Positions 12,460 to 25,200 of a DNA stretch of 64,000 bases are shown here, piece by piece. The notes under the pieces were generated by a model, which saw only the letters and a list, made by a program, of their open reading frames with translations, did no database searches and was not told the DNA's origin. Position 1 is the first letter of the stretch. Each line of letters starts with the position of its first letter. Origin of the DNA: Zygnema circumcarinatum SAG 698-1b (taxonomy: Eukaryota > Plantae > Zygnematophyceae). The stretch spans positions 8,409,909 to 8,473,908 of the forward strand of contig CM074804.1 in NCBI GenBank assembly GCA_037447605.1. Direction: 5' to 3'. The position numbers were made by a program, and so were the translations under genes.

Positions 12460-14892
12460 GCTATAATGCATATTCTTAAGAAGTTTCACGCACTAAAATT
12501 CAGTCTGTCAAACCAAAGGCGCCGATTAATCTCTGTCGGGAGTTGGGCGCAGGCAGGCCATGAGTTCCCAATTATGTTGGAGCTTTCCACATTTGGAGCA
12601 TTCATCTCCTACATCTACTCCGCCCCTCCCCTCAAGGTGGGCTTCAAGTCAACCACTAGCTTGTGGTATCTCATTTTACAGGAAACTCAGTCTGCTTACC
12701 AGACAACGTTTGTGTCTTTTTCTAATAGTTTGAGACGTACTTGCACACGCTTGAACGCTGACTGAGCTCTATGTTTTGAGAATGTAAAATGCAGTTAAAG
12801 CAGAGTGGATGGATTGGAAATTATGCCTTGGGTTCCAGCTACATCTCATTGCCCTGGTAACTACACACGCATCCGTGCTCGAACCTACCCATAAAGCACG
12901 CTCAATCTGGTTGAATAGACACTAGATATAGAGAGTATATTATATGTAGAGAGATCATATCGATCATATTCAGTCGTATTTCTTCTTTGCGCTTTACTTT
13001 CTTTAGCTTGACAATTCCCTTTGCAGTTATACGGTGTTCTAAGATGTACCTTTTTTTTTTTTTTTTTTTTTTCTTTCAAGGGTCCTTTGGTGTGTAATGG
13101 TTCTGGAAGACAGTATTTTTTCTTGCAGTTCCTTGTTTAACTGCTGACACGAGAATGGAACTTGTACACATGCAGGTGGGCTGGTCAGTCTCTGTTTGGA
13201 ACTCTATCCACAGATGTGGTCATCCTAACTCTGCTTTACAGCATAGCAGGGGTGAGTGTTTCTCCTGGCGAAGAAACCATGTTAAAGTGTTAACATAAGC
13301 TACTTCTGCTAAACATGTTAATGTTATTTTATCGTACCGTGAGTGTCTCACATAAGCTTATCGAGCATTGTGAAATTTCAAACTAATTTCTGAATTGTAA
13401 AATCGACACGAGAATACAAGTTTTTAGTCAGCCTGCTCATACCAACTGCTGTCCTCCTTCATGAATTCAAGCATTGGAAGTGTTTTGTGAGGAAGAAAGG
13501 TGTGAGGATTTTCAGAAACTAAAAAATGTGATGTGCTTTTTACTCGATGTGCAGTTGGGTATTGCCATTGTTAATGACTTCAAGAGCATTGAAGGCGACC
13601 GAGCCATGGGCCTGCAAGTAGGTTCAGTTTAACCTCAGGGGTCCTTCAGAGTCAACGTGCAACCTTGAAAGCCTTAGTAATGGGTTGTATATACTGATCA
13701 TGAATGCGACTTTTTCATTCGGGACATTTGCAGATAAACCCTGTAAATGACAGTTTCCGGTCTTCTATCCGTTTAATACTCTGTTAAACCCAATTGGCTG
13801 TTTAACTGATTAACCGTCCTGAACAGACTGATTGTTACATGTGACTTTGCAGTCTCTTCCTGTTGCTTTCGGAGTCGATACTGCCAAGTGGATCTGTGTG
13901 AGCTCCATCGACATCACGCAACTGTCTGTTGCTGGTACATAGAAACGCCATTTCCATGCCCAAACTATGCAAAGTTGCCAGACACTTCTTGTTCAGAGCC
14001 CTTATAGCGCCTTCTGATCCATTGCATACTGCAGTCACAAGTTGTATGTTGTGACAAAGCGCTTTGGAAACTTGTTTTAACTATAGGTTTGCCCTAAAGC
14101 CACCAAACCCTAATACTTGGGAACTGCTGGGTGGTGGTGGTGGGGGGGGGGGGGGGNNNNNNNNNNCACAGGATATTTGTTAGCCACAGGGTCAGAGTCT
14201 TATGGCCTTGCGCTATTGGGTCTGATCGCTCCGCAGATTTTCTTCCAGGTATAGCTTCTTCTTCCCGTCTTGATCCTTCCTATTGTTGAAGTAAAACTTA
14301 AAGCTCCTTTTTTCCTTTTTTCTTTTTTTCTCTTTATGCTTTGCCTTCTCTTATCCACCACATAATAAGAGGCTCAGGATGCTGAGGAGGTGGTACTCAT
14401 GTCGAATGAAGGGGGGATCCAAATGTGGCGCAGTTTACCCTGTTCTTGAAGGACCCCATTGCAAACGATGTGGCGTACCAAGTAAGCTCTTTACTGCCTC
14501 TCCGTACCTGTCTTTATACAGCTTAATCTATTCGTTATTTATTAGTTTGTGTTATTTCATGATTGTCGATTGTTTATCTGAACTGCATTCCTCAATCCAA
14601 CTGGTTTTCGGTCACAATTCACTCTTAAAGCGTCCGTTTCCACTACATCATCCCCTTCTCTATGCTCTGCAATACTGTTATGGCGACGTCAGCCGGCAGT
14701 TACTGTAGTCAGTTGGAAATACATGTATCTTTGTTAGCAGGTTTCCTATAGCGCTCCCATGTTTCTATTCTGCCGCCATTTGGCTGAGAGTGACTTTATT
14801 GAGGGTGGTTGGTTGTAATCCTTCAGGCTCGAGCTCAGCCTTTCCTCGTCTTCGGCCTCCTCACCACAGCCCTTGCGATTGGTCACCGCTGA
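9179..14892 (+). CDS. CHLG: Chlorophyll synthase (UbiA prenyltransferase family), 14 exons, with transit peptide
   Basis: Exons 9179-9446, 10514-10614, 10926-11013, 11154-11239, 11676-11762, 12118-12183, 12553-12636, 12795-12856, 13176-13251, 13555-13617, 13853-13934, 14172-14248, 14434-14481, 14827-14892 join in frame. Motifs: WKIRLQLTKPVTW, NDWYDREIDAINEP.RPIPSG, YSAPPLKLKQ, IVNDFKSIEGDR, AQPFLV. Confidence 0.96.
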
Positions 14893-15665
14893 ACGATTGT
14901 GTAGACGTTGCCAACATCACAATTGTGACATATTGGAAACTGCTGCTCTACCCAATTCTTCGCGCTTGGTTGAAAAGCGAGAACAAACTTTTGAAGCTGG
15001 AATGAAGGCCTTTCAGTCGTCAGTGGGCTGACTTACTTTTCAAAACATCAACTGAAGGCTGATTTCGGTGAACCCATGTGACATTATTGTAACCCCGCTG
15101 TAATGAAAGAATCGCTGGATGTCCGATGTATGCACGGGTCACGTAAGCGTTGGCAGGATGGAGGGAGGGATGGAAAATGTCATAGAATTCTGTTGTTTTC
15201 AACATAACCTGGAATGCTTTGAATCGTCCAGCACAGGGAGTCAGCGGTGCTGAAGTGAGATCTATACCCCCCGCTGAACACGAAAAATACGCTCAAATGA
15301 AGCTGATTGTACCGCAGCGCGAGTCTGTCCCCGATCCCTTTAAATTGAGGCGGAGGCTCCCTCTGAATGCTCTCCTCTGCAAGCTCCGGCTCCGCAACTA
15401 CTATCCATTCTTTCAAACTTCTTCTTTGTATTCATCCAAAGAGCGCCGGATGGGGCACCCATGCTGAAAGCTCTCGAGGATGTGCTGCAGTTACAGTTAC
15501 AGCTGCAGTTGTAGTTATTAGTTTCAGTTTAACTATAAAATTAGTTTAGTTTATGCCTATTTTTGGGATATGCTTGTACGGACGCGCGCGCGCGGAAATC
15601 CGTCCACGTGGCAGAGCGGTATATCCGCAACCGTGCCGGATATCCGGCCTCGGAGCAAACGGGGC

Positions 15666-15797
15666 CCGTTCCGCGGAACGGCGACTGCTTGGAACGAGAG
15701 GAAAGGGTTCCTCCAAGGCCGTACCAGACTTAACGTCGCCCGTTCCATGGGACGGCGACATTTATTAAAGCCAAACCTCGGCCGTTCCGCGGGACGG
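15666..15797. promoter_or_regulatory. Three palindromic CCGTTCC..GG(A/G)ACGG sites plus a G-box, upstream of ROCK1
   Basis: Perfect palindrome CCGTTCCGCGGAACGG at 15666-15681, variants at about 15740-15755 and 15782-15797. CCACGTGG at about 15605, in a CpG-rich island. Confidence 0.4.
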
Positions 15798-16827
15798 GAG
15801 TGCCTGGCCTTCTGGAGTGCTTGACTCTCATTTCAGGAAGAAAAGAGCGCTTTCAACTTTTCTCTACTTGTTCATAAGTTGTTCTTTACTAAACAGAAAG
15901 GTGGACGATATTTTCTGTTGACTGTTTATTTCCATTATTTAAATCATCATTTTACGTTGATTTCCTTGTTGTTGACGTGCTTCAAGGAAAGGTATATTTT
16001 AATCTGTTTTTTTCAGTGCTTACTTCAGTGCATGCATTTTCTTCGTTCCTGTTGCCTGCTGAATGCAAGCGGTATTGCAAGAAACGAGGGCAGCATTACC
16101 ATATGGAAGATCCTGACAGTCAATGTTGAAGCTATAGCGTTCAGGTTGTATGTTTAGCTAAGATATACGAAGGTGTTTTTGAAGCTGAGCTAATGTACTC
16201 GACAGGTTGGCGACCGCTGACAGGCATTCATACTGATTATTGGAAGACACTTCTTGAAAGGGAAACCAGAGTGAAAGCTTGCATTGGTCGTCATCAACTT
16301 GGCTATGTTTCGCTCTAGTTTTTTGGATCAGAGAATATGAATCTTCCAATGCGAAGGCGTGTTATGGAGGAAATGCCTCAATCTGCTTCTCCTGAACAAT
16401 AAAATATTAATGATAGCCTACATTCTATTGCGCACAAAGCTGAACCTGGCGCACTGCTCATGTCATTTCTCTTTTGAAGGAGCACAAAGAATCATCGTCA
16501 TCGTCTATTATTGTTTCCCCAGCTTCTTTGTAGGGCTTTTTAGCCAGTCATGTTTTAATTTGACGTTGCTTTTAGTTCAAGTATGATCACTTTCCCTATG
16601 CTTCTAATAATGTCCAAAGGATGAAGCCAAGCAGGTGTCTCCAAATACTTTAAGCATCTAGCTCTAGAGGCTGGTTAGCTTTACTTTCGTTTTCTGCTCG
16701 TTTTCCAGTTAAACCGGTTTCTGTGCAAGTTAAATCAATGCCACACCAGGAGCAATTTAGATGTCTGAAAAGTCTGACAAGAGTTCGATGATGCAGGAGA
16801 CCCGATTAGGAGAGCAAGTTGAACAAG

Positions 16828-19791
16828 ATGAGGTTGCGATCAACGGCTTCAGGATTAGAAGAAGATGGGCCAACGACTTTAAAAGATGAGGAAGTGAAAG
16901 AAAGAGAATCTACCGATGAAACAAAAGCGGATATAAAGCTTCCCCCTCGTTTCAATCCGGGTTTCATTTTCATGGCATTGTTGGCTCTGCAAGTTGGAAC
17001 ACAGCCACTTGTAACAAGGAAATGTGTCAGGTCGGTTAAATCTTCTGCAGCTGCCTGTGCTTGCAAGAGGAGAAATCTAGCTCTGGAATTTCTCGTTAGT
17101 GAAGTTTCGTGGATGCATTTTTGCAGTTGTTTGTTTGGCATTAGTCAGCAAAGGGCCATGATAATCAGGAAGAGAAGGCAGACTGCCACTGACAGTGGCC
17201 GATGCTTATCACTGTGAATTCAAGTCGTGCAACAAGTCCTAGTTTGTAGGAGAGACTTTAAACAGCAAGTAATTCTGCTGGTACTTCAGCTCTTTGGATT
17301 TTCTTAATTCGGACGTCACGTGGATGTTTAGTGATAAACTCCCTCGAGCCTTATTAGTGGTCCTTTAACAATATTCTTAAAAATCACTTGTATAGAAAGG
17401 TAAATTTTTATTCTTTTTAACCATATAGTACCTGTAAAAGCTCATCAGGAGGTAGTGAAATGTTCTAGTTTGAACACCGACAATGGAAAGGGCAGATTGT
17501 ATGCTGCCTTTCCCCCTTGACCCACCCCTTCTATATCTCTAAGGTTAAACAGTCAAAGTGGTTAGACCTGTTTATATTCAATCAGCCCTCTTGAGAGACC
17601 TCCGCACGCCACTAGTCCTTCATTGCAATGTTCATAATAATTTCAGAGTTTGTGTTTTTACAGCGTTTGACAAAAATAGCCGGCTGTACTCCAGCATCCG
17701 CAATTTATAGTGGCTGACACCGATCTTGGTTATTTATGCTTCTACTACTTGCAGCAAAGAGGTCATTATTACGTCACAAGTAATTGCTTGTGAGATTGCG
17801 AAGGTGAGTTTTATTCGATGCACTATCTGGAGATGTGCATAGCTGCTCGTTGCAGTTCCATATCCTTCAGTAAGGGTCTACTGAGCATCAATGTAGCGGC
17901 TTGATCAATGTGATGATGACTTTGACTTTTTCACTTCTCTTCTTCATTGTAGGTGATATGTTCGCTATCCATTATCTCCCTGGAAGGAAATATAGGCTCC
18001 TTGGCAAAGCAATGGACCTTTATTGGTGCTATGGTAGCCAGTGGCCTCCCAGCTGCTATATACGCTGTGCAGAACATGCTTATTCAGACAGCATACCGGC
18101 ATCTTGACTATCTCACGTTCAATATGCTGAATCAAACGAAGCTTCTCTTCACTGCTCTCTTCAATTTCTTGATCCTTGGGTGGGTTAACTTATCCAATCT
18201 CGGAACTAGAATGCTATCCATGTCTATACGAGCCCTGCTACTCATCCTCGTTGCCTCACTCCATTTAATGAAGATATTGGACTCGTAGCATTTGTGCAAA
18301 ATACTCGTCTTCAAATTCACCTATAAATAAGAATGTGTTAGGATTGTCAACACTGAGGAGTCCCTCTCTCTGATGTGGCTTTTCATTTCGGGATTTGGAG
18401 TCAGCCTGATGCAGTCTTCACGGCAAATTGGAGCTCTTTGCGTCATGTTGATTGCCGCCACTCTCCTGACAATCGGGGGGAAAATTTCACCGAAGGCGTC
18501 AGGTGTAGACCCTGACGAGTCGTTTTGGTTTGGTATTATACCTGTCCTGATGGCCTCCACTCTCTCTGGAATCGCCTCGACTATTTGCCAATGGGTGGTT
18601 CAGGTATCACCGTCTGGATCCTTTTCCTTTTCCTTTCCGGAGACATTAGAGTAATGTGGTGGTTTTGTTTTTCCAGGGATAGAGTAATATGTTCCTTCAA
18701 AGCGTCGAACTCAAACTGTTGTAGACAATTCCAAATCTCTGCCATTCTGACATCATTGGCAGCATACATAGCCAGTGCTGAATGTCTTTTGATTCAACCA
18801 TACCATCGGCTCTCTGTTGCTTGGGCTGACGCAGGTAAAGAAGCGCAGCCCCTACCTTCTCACTATCGAAATGTCACTCATCGGTATCAGTGTGCTTTTG
18901 ACCAGCTTGTCGCAGTCATCTGACGGACAAAAGATTGCTTCATTAGGATTCTTTCACGCCTGGACTCCTTACTCAGTGGTGAGCTGCCTGAGCCATTAAA
19001 GGAGTAGTAGCGAATGCCTATGCCAAAATTGAAGCTCGCGTAGGCAGCGAGCATGCTTAGGCTTCAGTAGTGCAGTGTGATTTGCCCCCAGCAAATGAGG
19101 ATCAAATGAAGTAGGTGATGCGAATAATGACGTGCATTAGTTATATATTTTCCAGCATTTCTTCATATTTCATGTGCGGTGCATTGTACAGTACATTCAG
19201 GATGCAAGCTTTAGAGAGGGTCAGCAATCGTGCTTTTGAAAAATGGCTTACCTTTCCGGAGGCATTGGTGTCCGATGTATGTGAATCATTTCTCCAAAAA
19301 GGACAAGGGCTCAAAGGAGGGAAAGGGGGTCTAAGCGGGTTTACAAAATGGGTGGAAGGACAGATTCCTGTCCTGACCAATGCAGCGGGAGGGATTCTTG
19401 TCGGCCTTGTCACAAAGTACTCGGGCGGAGTGAAGAAGGTAAGCACACCTTCGAAAGGAGGGTCTTATCTCCTGCCTTTGGGAAAACTCACCTCGTTCCA
19501 CGATACAGTAGAGAATTTCCCCTCTTGTCAGGCAGATTTTTCCATGTTAAGTTGGACTATAAATTACAAATGAAGGTTGTTACTTCTGGGTATGTTGCTG
19601 AACTGCCGATTTGCTGAACTGTGCAGGGCTTTGTTAACATTATGGGCTTGATTGTAACCGCCCTTGCTCAGTTTCTAGTTGATGGAAAGCCTCCATCCTT
19701 TTATGTATGGGTAGCCATGCCGCTCGTTATTGCTAGCACATACCTTCACATGCAGTACCCATACGTCAGCAAGACAAAGAAGGCTGCTTAA
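16828..19791 (+). CDS. ROCK1: Nucleotide-sugar transporter, ROCK1 / UDP-GlcNAc transporter type (SLC35A), 7 exons
   Basis: Exons 16828-17030, 17755-17803, 17953-18179, 18405-18603, 18835-18978, 19364-19438, 19627-19791 give LALQVGTQPL, ASGLPAAIYAVQN, LNQTKLLFTA, GIIPVLMASTLSG, NAAGGILVGLVT, GKPPS and QYPYVSKTKKAA*. Confidence 0.92.
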
Positions 19792-20119
19792 AGATACGTA
19801 TCTAAAAATTCGTTGATGCCCAAATAGGGCATAGAGGGAGATGCCCTAATTGCCCAGATTTCAAGGCTGGTCAGTTACGGCCAGTTTTTGAGAGAGAGAG
19901 AGAGAGAAGATTGCTTTCTACTGTATTCTCTGATCTCGCTCCTGGTGGTTTCCAGGGGGGGAATTTTTTTTTACATTTTTAACTTCGAATGGCAATTTAG
20001 TGGCTCTCAAACTACTGTCAGATATTTTCGAAGAATACTTTCAAGCCAGGGAACACTTAAAAAGCAAGTGTGGAGCCAAATTGTGAATGGCCTCGAGAAG
20101 AACTTTTGGGAAAAGAAAA

Positions 20120-20563
20120 AAATTGACATCGGCTGTGGAGAGGGAGAGGGAGGTGTGGCATTCATAACGATGGTGAGGCCATCAAAATGTACATGGTCTA
20201 AATCATCATGGGGAACCATGAGGAACTGACGACTGAACGATCGCTATATTGTCCGTTATTAGCAGCTTTTTTCTTTTGTCCTTTGGTCCTTCGCGACCAA
20301 TCCTCGTGGTTCCCCATGATGCTGATTTTGGCCATGTACAATTTGATGGCAGCATCGCCATCGTGAGATCAGTGCCACTTCCATCCCCTTCCCTTTCCCT
20401 ATTACCCGAGACAAAGTTTGTTTGTGTTTTCAAAAGAAAAGGAAAATGCCATTGAACTCGGCCATCGTGAGTTCAATGCCATTTGTACATGGACAAATGC
20501 AGCATCGTGGGGAACCACGAAGAACTGGTCGCAATGGACCTAAGCGCAAAAGAAAAAAGCTAG
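20120..20563. repeat. Three ~110-bp units in alternating orientation (foldback / MITE-like)
   Basis: The core GCCATC(A)AAATGTACATGG..AAAT..(G)CATC(A/G)TGGGGAACCA occurs + at ~20175, - at ~20300-20350, and + at ~20478. AGCTTTTTTCTTTTG (~20264) pairs with CAAAAGAAAAAAGCT (~20547). Confidence 0.65.
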
Positions 20564-22257
20564 GAGCGGAAAACTGCGCCTAGGCGCAACAATAACATCC
20601 ACGCGTTCCATGATGCGACTGTTTCACGGGCTGTCCAACTGCGAGCACATGAACAAAAAAGCGTTCACGGACGTGGACGGCCACGCCACGTACGGTCGTA
20701 CGGTTGCCTGTTGACATCTTGGAAGCGCCCACAACCGTCGATCTTCACGGTCGAAAGACGCGACGAAATTGTGGACGTCCACGTGGCATGAGACAACCAC
20801 GAACCAGCGAGATGCTCCCATCGGGCCTTTCACCGTGCCTTCCCCCGACCAATTGTAGAGCGCCACGTGGAAAACAGTGTACACGTGGTAGCATTTTATT
20901 GGATGCGGTTGAGTAGGGCTAGCAATGGAGGCAGGCCCTGCAGGAGGGAGGGAGGCTTGCAGATATGCCTCATAACTAGTAAGAAATATTGAAGTTCGAA
21001 AGAAAATCACAAGTTTACAGTAAGATTTTTTTTTAGTAAGAAGGCAAAGTTGGCTTCGATTAGATTATTCGATAGAGTGGTTGAAAGCAAAATTGAGAGA
21101 GGGCCTCAGAGTGAAGGGGCCGAGTTCAGGCTTGACGGCGCCTTACAGAACAGTTCGGACCGTAAAAAAGGCCGCTCCTTCGTCGGTATGGTCATAAAAG
21201 GTCCGAGTCTGTAAGAGTCAGTTATTTTTAGCGACTCCAACGGCGCTGAGGGCGTAGAGCCTATCTCCTCCACGACGTTGGACGATGAGTTGGCTGCTTT
21301 AGACGAGCGCAATAGGTTCGGGGATTCGAGTTGGGATTAGTGCATCATATTGACATCCGGCACAGTGTGCCCTCACCATCATCATCATCGTATTGACATC
21401 TTGTTAGAAACTGACGGGAGACTGTCAAGTCCTGTGTGCGCCTGTGTGCTATTTCCAGACCCCTCTCTCTCTCCCCCTCTTCATCGATCTCTTTATTGAA
21501 GGTCGGTTCCTGCTACCAGCAGTCTCGGTAAAGTTTCCCCAGTTTCTAAAATGTATGGCCCGCCAAGTGAGCTTGCAGGACGCGGTTATGCCTATGTCCT
21601 GCTTTCTTTGCTTGTCGTGCTGCTCCGAGGCTGCCGATGTCAAGATTTTTCCATTTCATAGGCATCTGAAACTTTTCTCTGGATTGCATGAATCAGAAAC
21701 AGAAAGATAACAAAAGCAAAAGTTGTGTATGTGATGTATGGCAGCCATGCCCATGCGCTTATTGGGCTTCTGCAAGGTCCAGGTCTTGAGGGACGAAGGA
21801 AAGATGACTGCCGAGTGAAGTATTGATGCAGAAAAGGAGGAGTTTTTGCAGGTAGCGATCAAAGTGGAGAATACATGCAGGTAGAGTCTGCATGTGCGAA
21901 GGCCCTTCTTGGGAGCCATAGCCATGGCAAGAGAGAAGAAAACAGTGGATAAATATGCCGGACCCTCTGATGGCGACGACGATCGTTTAGATACGAGGAA
22001 TGAGAAGAATGGATTCCTTTCAATCGCTAGGGTTGAGCCAGAGGGTCGTCAAGGTGAGGAAGGCCACTACTGAAGTCAGTATGCTAGTATAACGACGATA
22101 CGTTAACTGTTTAGTGCTGATACCTAGGATCATTAGTTAAAAGTGAAAAATGCGGGATTTATCCCAGGGAAAGTGAAGCAAGTATTAGAATAGGCAGTGC
22201 ATGTAGATTATTGAACAGTTACTACCAAATAATCAAAGCAATTGCTGATTCATGCAG

Positions 22258-25200
22258 GAGGGATGGGATGCAGGACCTTATGCCGCTCAGCGAGGATTGC
22301 ATGCCTCATCTTCCACTAATGTTCTCATTAACGGATGGAGTAGTGAGAGCAAGAAAGCAGACATGGGCGGTGCAGAACGGGGGCATGATTACAATTTTGG
22401 ACGAGGCCTGGAAGGTGGGAGTCCTCGTTTGAAGATACGAGCGAGGGCGGCTGAAGGAGACGGTGCTGGGTGTGGAGGAGAGACAGAGGTAGAGCCAGTC
22501 GAGAGAATGGTGGAGGAAAGGGACCAGCATTGCAGGCAAGTTTCGTGATTGGTTTTGATTTTTTTTTGGGTCACTTTCGTGAACTTGGCAGACAGATGAC
22601 AATTGTGGGAAATAGTAGGTTTGCTGGAAAAAAATGGCTTATCTTGGCTTGAGATTGAGTTCCTCTGCAAAAATTGGACGGTAAAAGCTGGTGTGCTTCT
22701 TGCCTTGATTGAAAGACTACTCTGAGGGAGCTAATTGCATGCTTCGATGTTTTCTGCAGCAAACGGCATCGAACAGCTAATGGGAAACAGGGTGATGAAG
22801 AGTTTGAAAGGGATGTCGCTTCTGTACATCCGTTGGCGGAGGATGCTCGAAGTGGCTTTGAGAAGGCAACCTCACGTACATTTTGGAACGATGACAGAGG
22901 CATGGATCGGTCAGATTTTGTAGATTTGGGAAGTCCAAAGAGTAGGTTTGAGAGATCGAAGGTGGTTCCGAGCAACATGATGCACCGTGTAAAGGTTAAA
23001 AAAGGTGGAGATAATGGTCGAGATGGGGCGCATGGGGAAGGCGAAGCTGCAAATGGCGATTTTGGTCAAAGCATGCTCGGGGAGGGCTCAACAAATCAGG
23101 AATTAGGGTTAGGTGGAATTCGGTTCGAGGATGACGATGCTCCTTATTGGGACTCTTGGATGGAGAAGCGAAACGAAGCATCGAATCCGACTATTCTGAG
23201 TGCTCCGAAGTCACATTCTGTATCTCCTGAGTTGGGGGTAGAACGCCTTCGAATTGGCGGCAATATCATGCCTGGCCAGACTGAGAATGTGCTGAGTGAG
23301 GCCGCTTCCGATTGTAATACTGTCCTTCGTCTGTTTTCAGAACGAGATAATTCTGAGACATTTATCCAACGAAACAAAATGTCTCCTGGGATATTTGGGA
23401 GATCAGAGGGAAGGACATCACAATCACTTTCATCAGTGCGGGAAGTGGAAGAATTGCCGAAACTTAATGGCGTTCTGGATCTCTCTTCTCCGACATCATT
23501 TAGCCTTTTTGGAAAAAGTGCAGATAGAACTCCGAATGCTTCTCAATTTCGGCCCACAAACAGATCCGCTGTCAGTGCTGCAAGGAATATTCGATCGAAC
23601 AGAGGATATTTGGCTGTTAACGGAGATCCTATCGAGGTGCCCAACAGAGTGGAGGAAAACAGGGACTCGTCCAATATTGCTGTTCGTCCTTGTGGTGAAG
23701 AAAATTGCTTACCTGATGTAGATTTTGCATCGTTGTTGCCTTTACAAAGGCCAAGGAACGCCCGACAAAGGAGGCGTTCTCAGGAGGAAGATGCATCTGG
23801 CAGTATGCATCTTGGGCTTAACAGTGACACGATCCGAGAGGGAAATACGCTGGCAAAGGATAAGCCATCGTCTGATACTCATTCTGTACCTGCTCGAGAT
23901 TCCGACCAGAGAAGTGTAAGTAACTGGAGGAGCAGGCTGGTGGAGTTGATTTCCCTTACAGATGAAGAAGCAGATAACGCAGAACATAGTATTCATGCGA
24001 ATGGTACTCCATCTGCTATGGCCCAGCCTCCAAATTCTTCACTACGACAGGATTTATTGTGGTCTGATCAAGCGAATGAAGCTGTCCGGCCTAGCAGTAT
24101 GATGGACCGTGATTTACGCTCTGCAGGGCAAGAACAGACAGTGGCAGAGGCAGATTCTTTGCCAGATAACATACGGCTTCTGGGTTCTTCATTGTTTGAT
24201 GACCTTTGGTTTGATCCAGTACGAGAAACGGGTCAGCCAGGGAGCAGACCAGTGAACCGTGTCTCACAACCAGGGGGTAAAGAAAGGGCATCTGTGTCAG
24301 AAATTGATGGAGGCCAAGGTCCAACATCAAACAGCGTGCTGCCGAGTCTACGACCATCGCTGTTCCGAAATTCGCGGGGTCTTGATCAGCCGAATGGAGC
24401 GTTGAGGAGGCTGAGGAATCCTGACGTGTCAATGGAGGGAGGGGAAAATTCTGAAGAGAGAGTGGGAGAGAGGCAAGAAAATGCACAGTCGAATATTTTG
24501 CCATCAACCAACATGCAGCCTCCACTCCTGACATCATTTCAAGAGTTGTGGAGATCTGATGAATCAAATGAAGGTAGTCGTCCGAGAAGATTTATGGATT
24601 TTATCGCGCCAAGGAGGGAAAGGGACGAGGCAGGGAGGGCAAGAGAGGAGGCAGATTTCCAACGAGGTCGACAGGCAGAATCTTCTTTTACGCAGCTTCC
24701 CGACTCGTTTTGGTCCGGATATGATTGGGGCTCTGAGCCGGAGAACGAAGCCAATGATCGGAGAAATAGGTTAATGAATCTTTTCTCCCGAGTAATGCCG
24801 AATGACGAATCTGCTGATGCAAGAGATGGTGCTCTAGCAGACACTGCCCCATCAGCTGACTCGGGGGCTTCAAATTCTAGGTTTTTTCGAGATGTGCGTG
24901 ACTCCAATCCTGCGAATGGGGCTGGAAACTCGAGGAGCAGCTTAGTGGATTTCATTTCACGGAGAATGGCCAGGGACGAGGCAGCTGCTGCTGTGCAGGA
25001 AACACATGGAAATGTGGATGCTGTGGAAGTAGGCTCAAGTGCTGGTGGAGCAGGGATATGGGGAATTGGAGGGGAACAGCCAAACAGAGCTGGATTCCTC
25101 CGGCAATGCCCCATCAGTTTAGATAATGGTCTGGAGAGGGAGGGAGCAGGGGTAACAAGCCAAAGGAGGACAAATGGATGGATTAGGTTTGGGGGAGGAA

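Noticed and set aside
21100-22100. Additional 5' coding exons of the RING gene
   Set aside because: Several short open frames exist, but none could be joined in phase to the 22258 acceptor with confidence.
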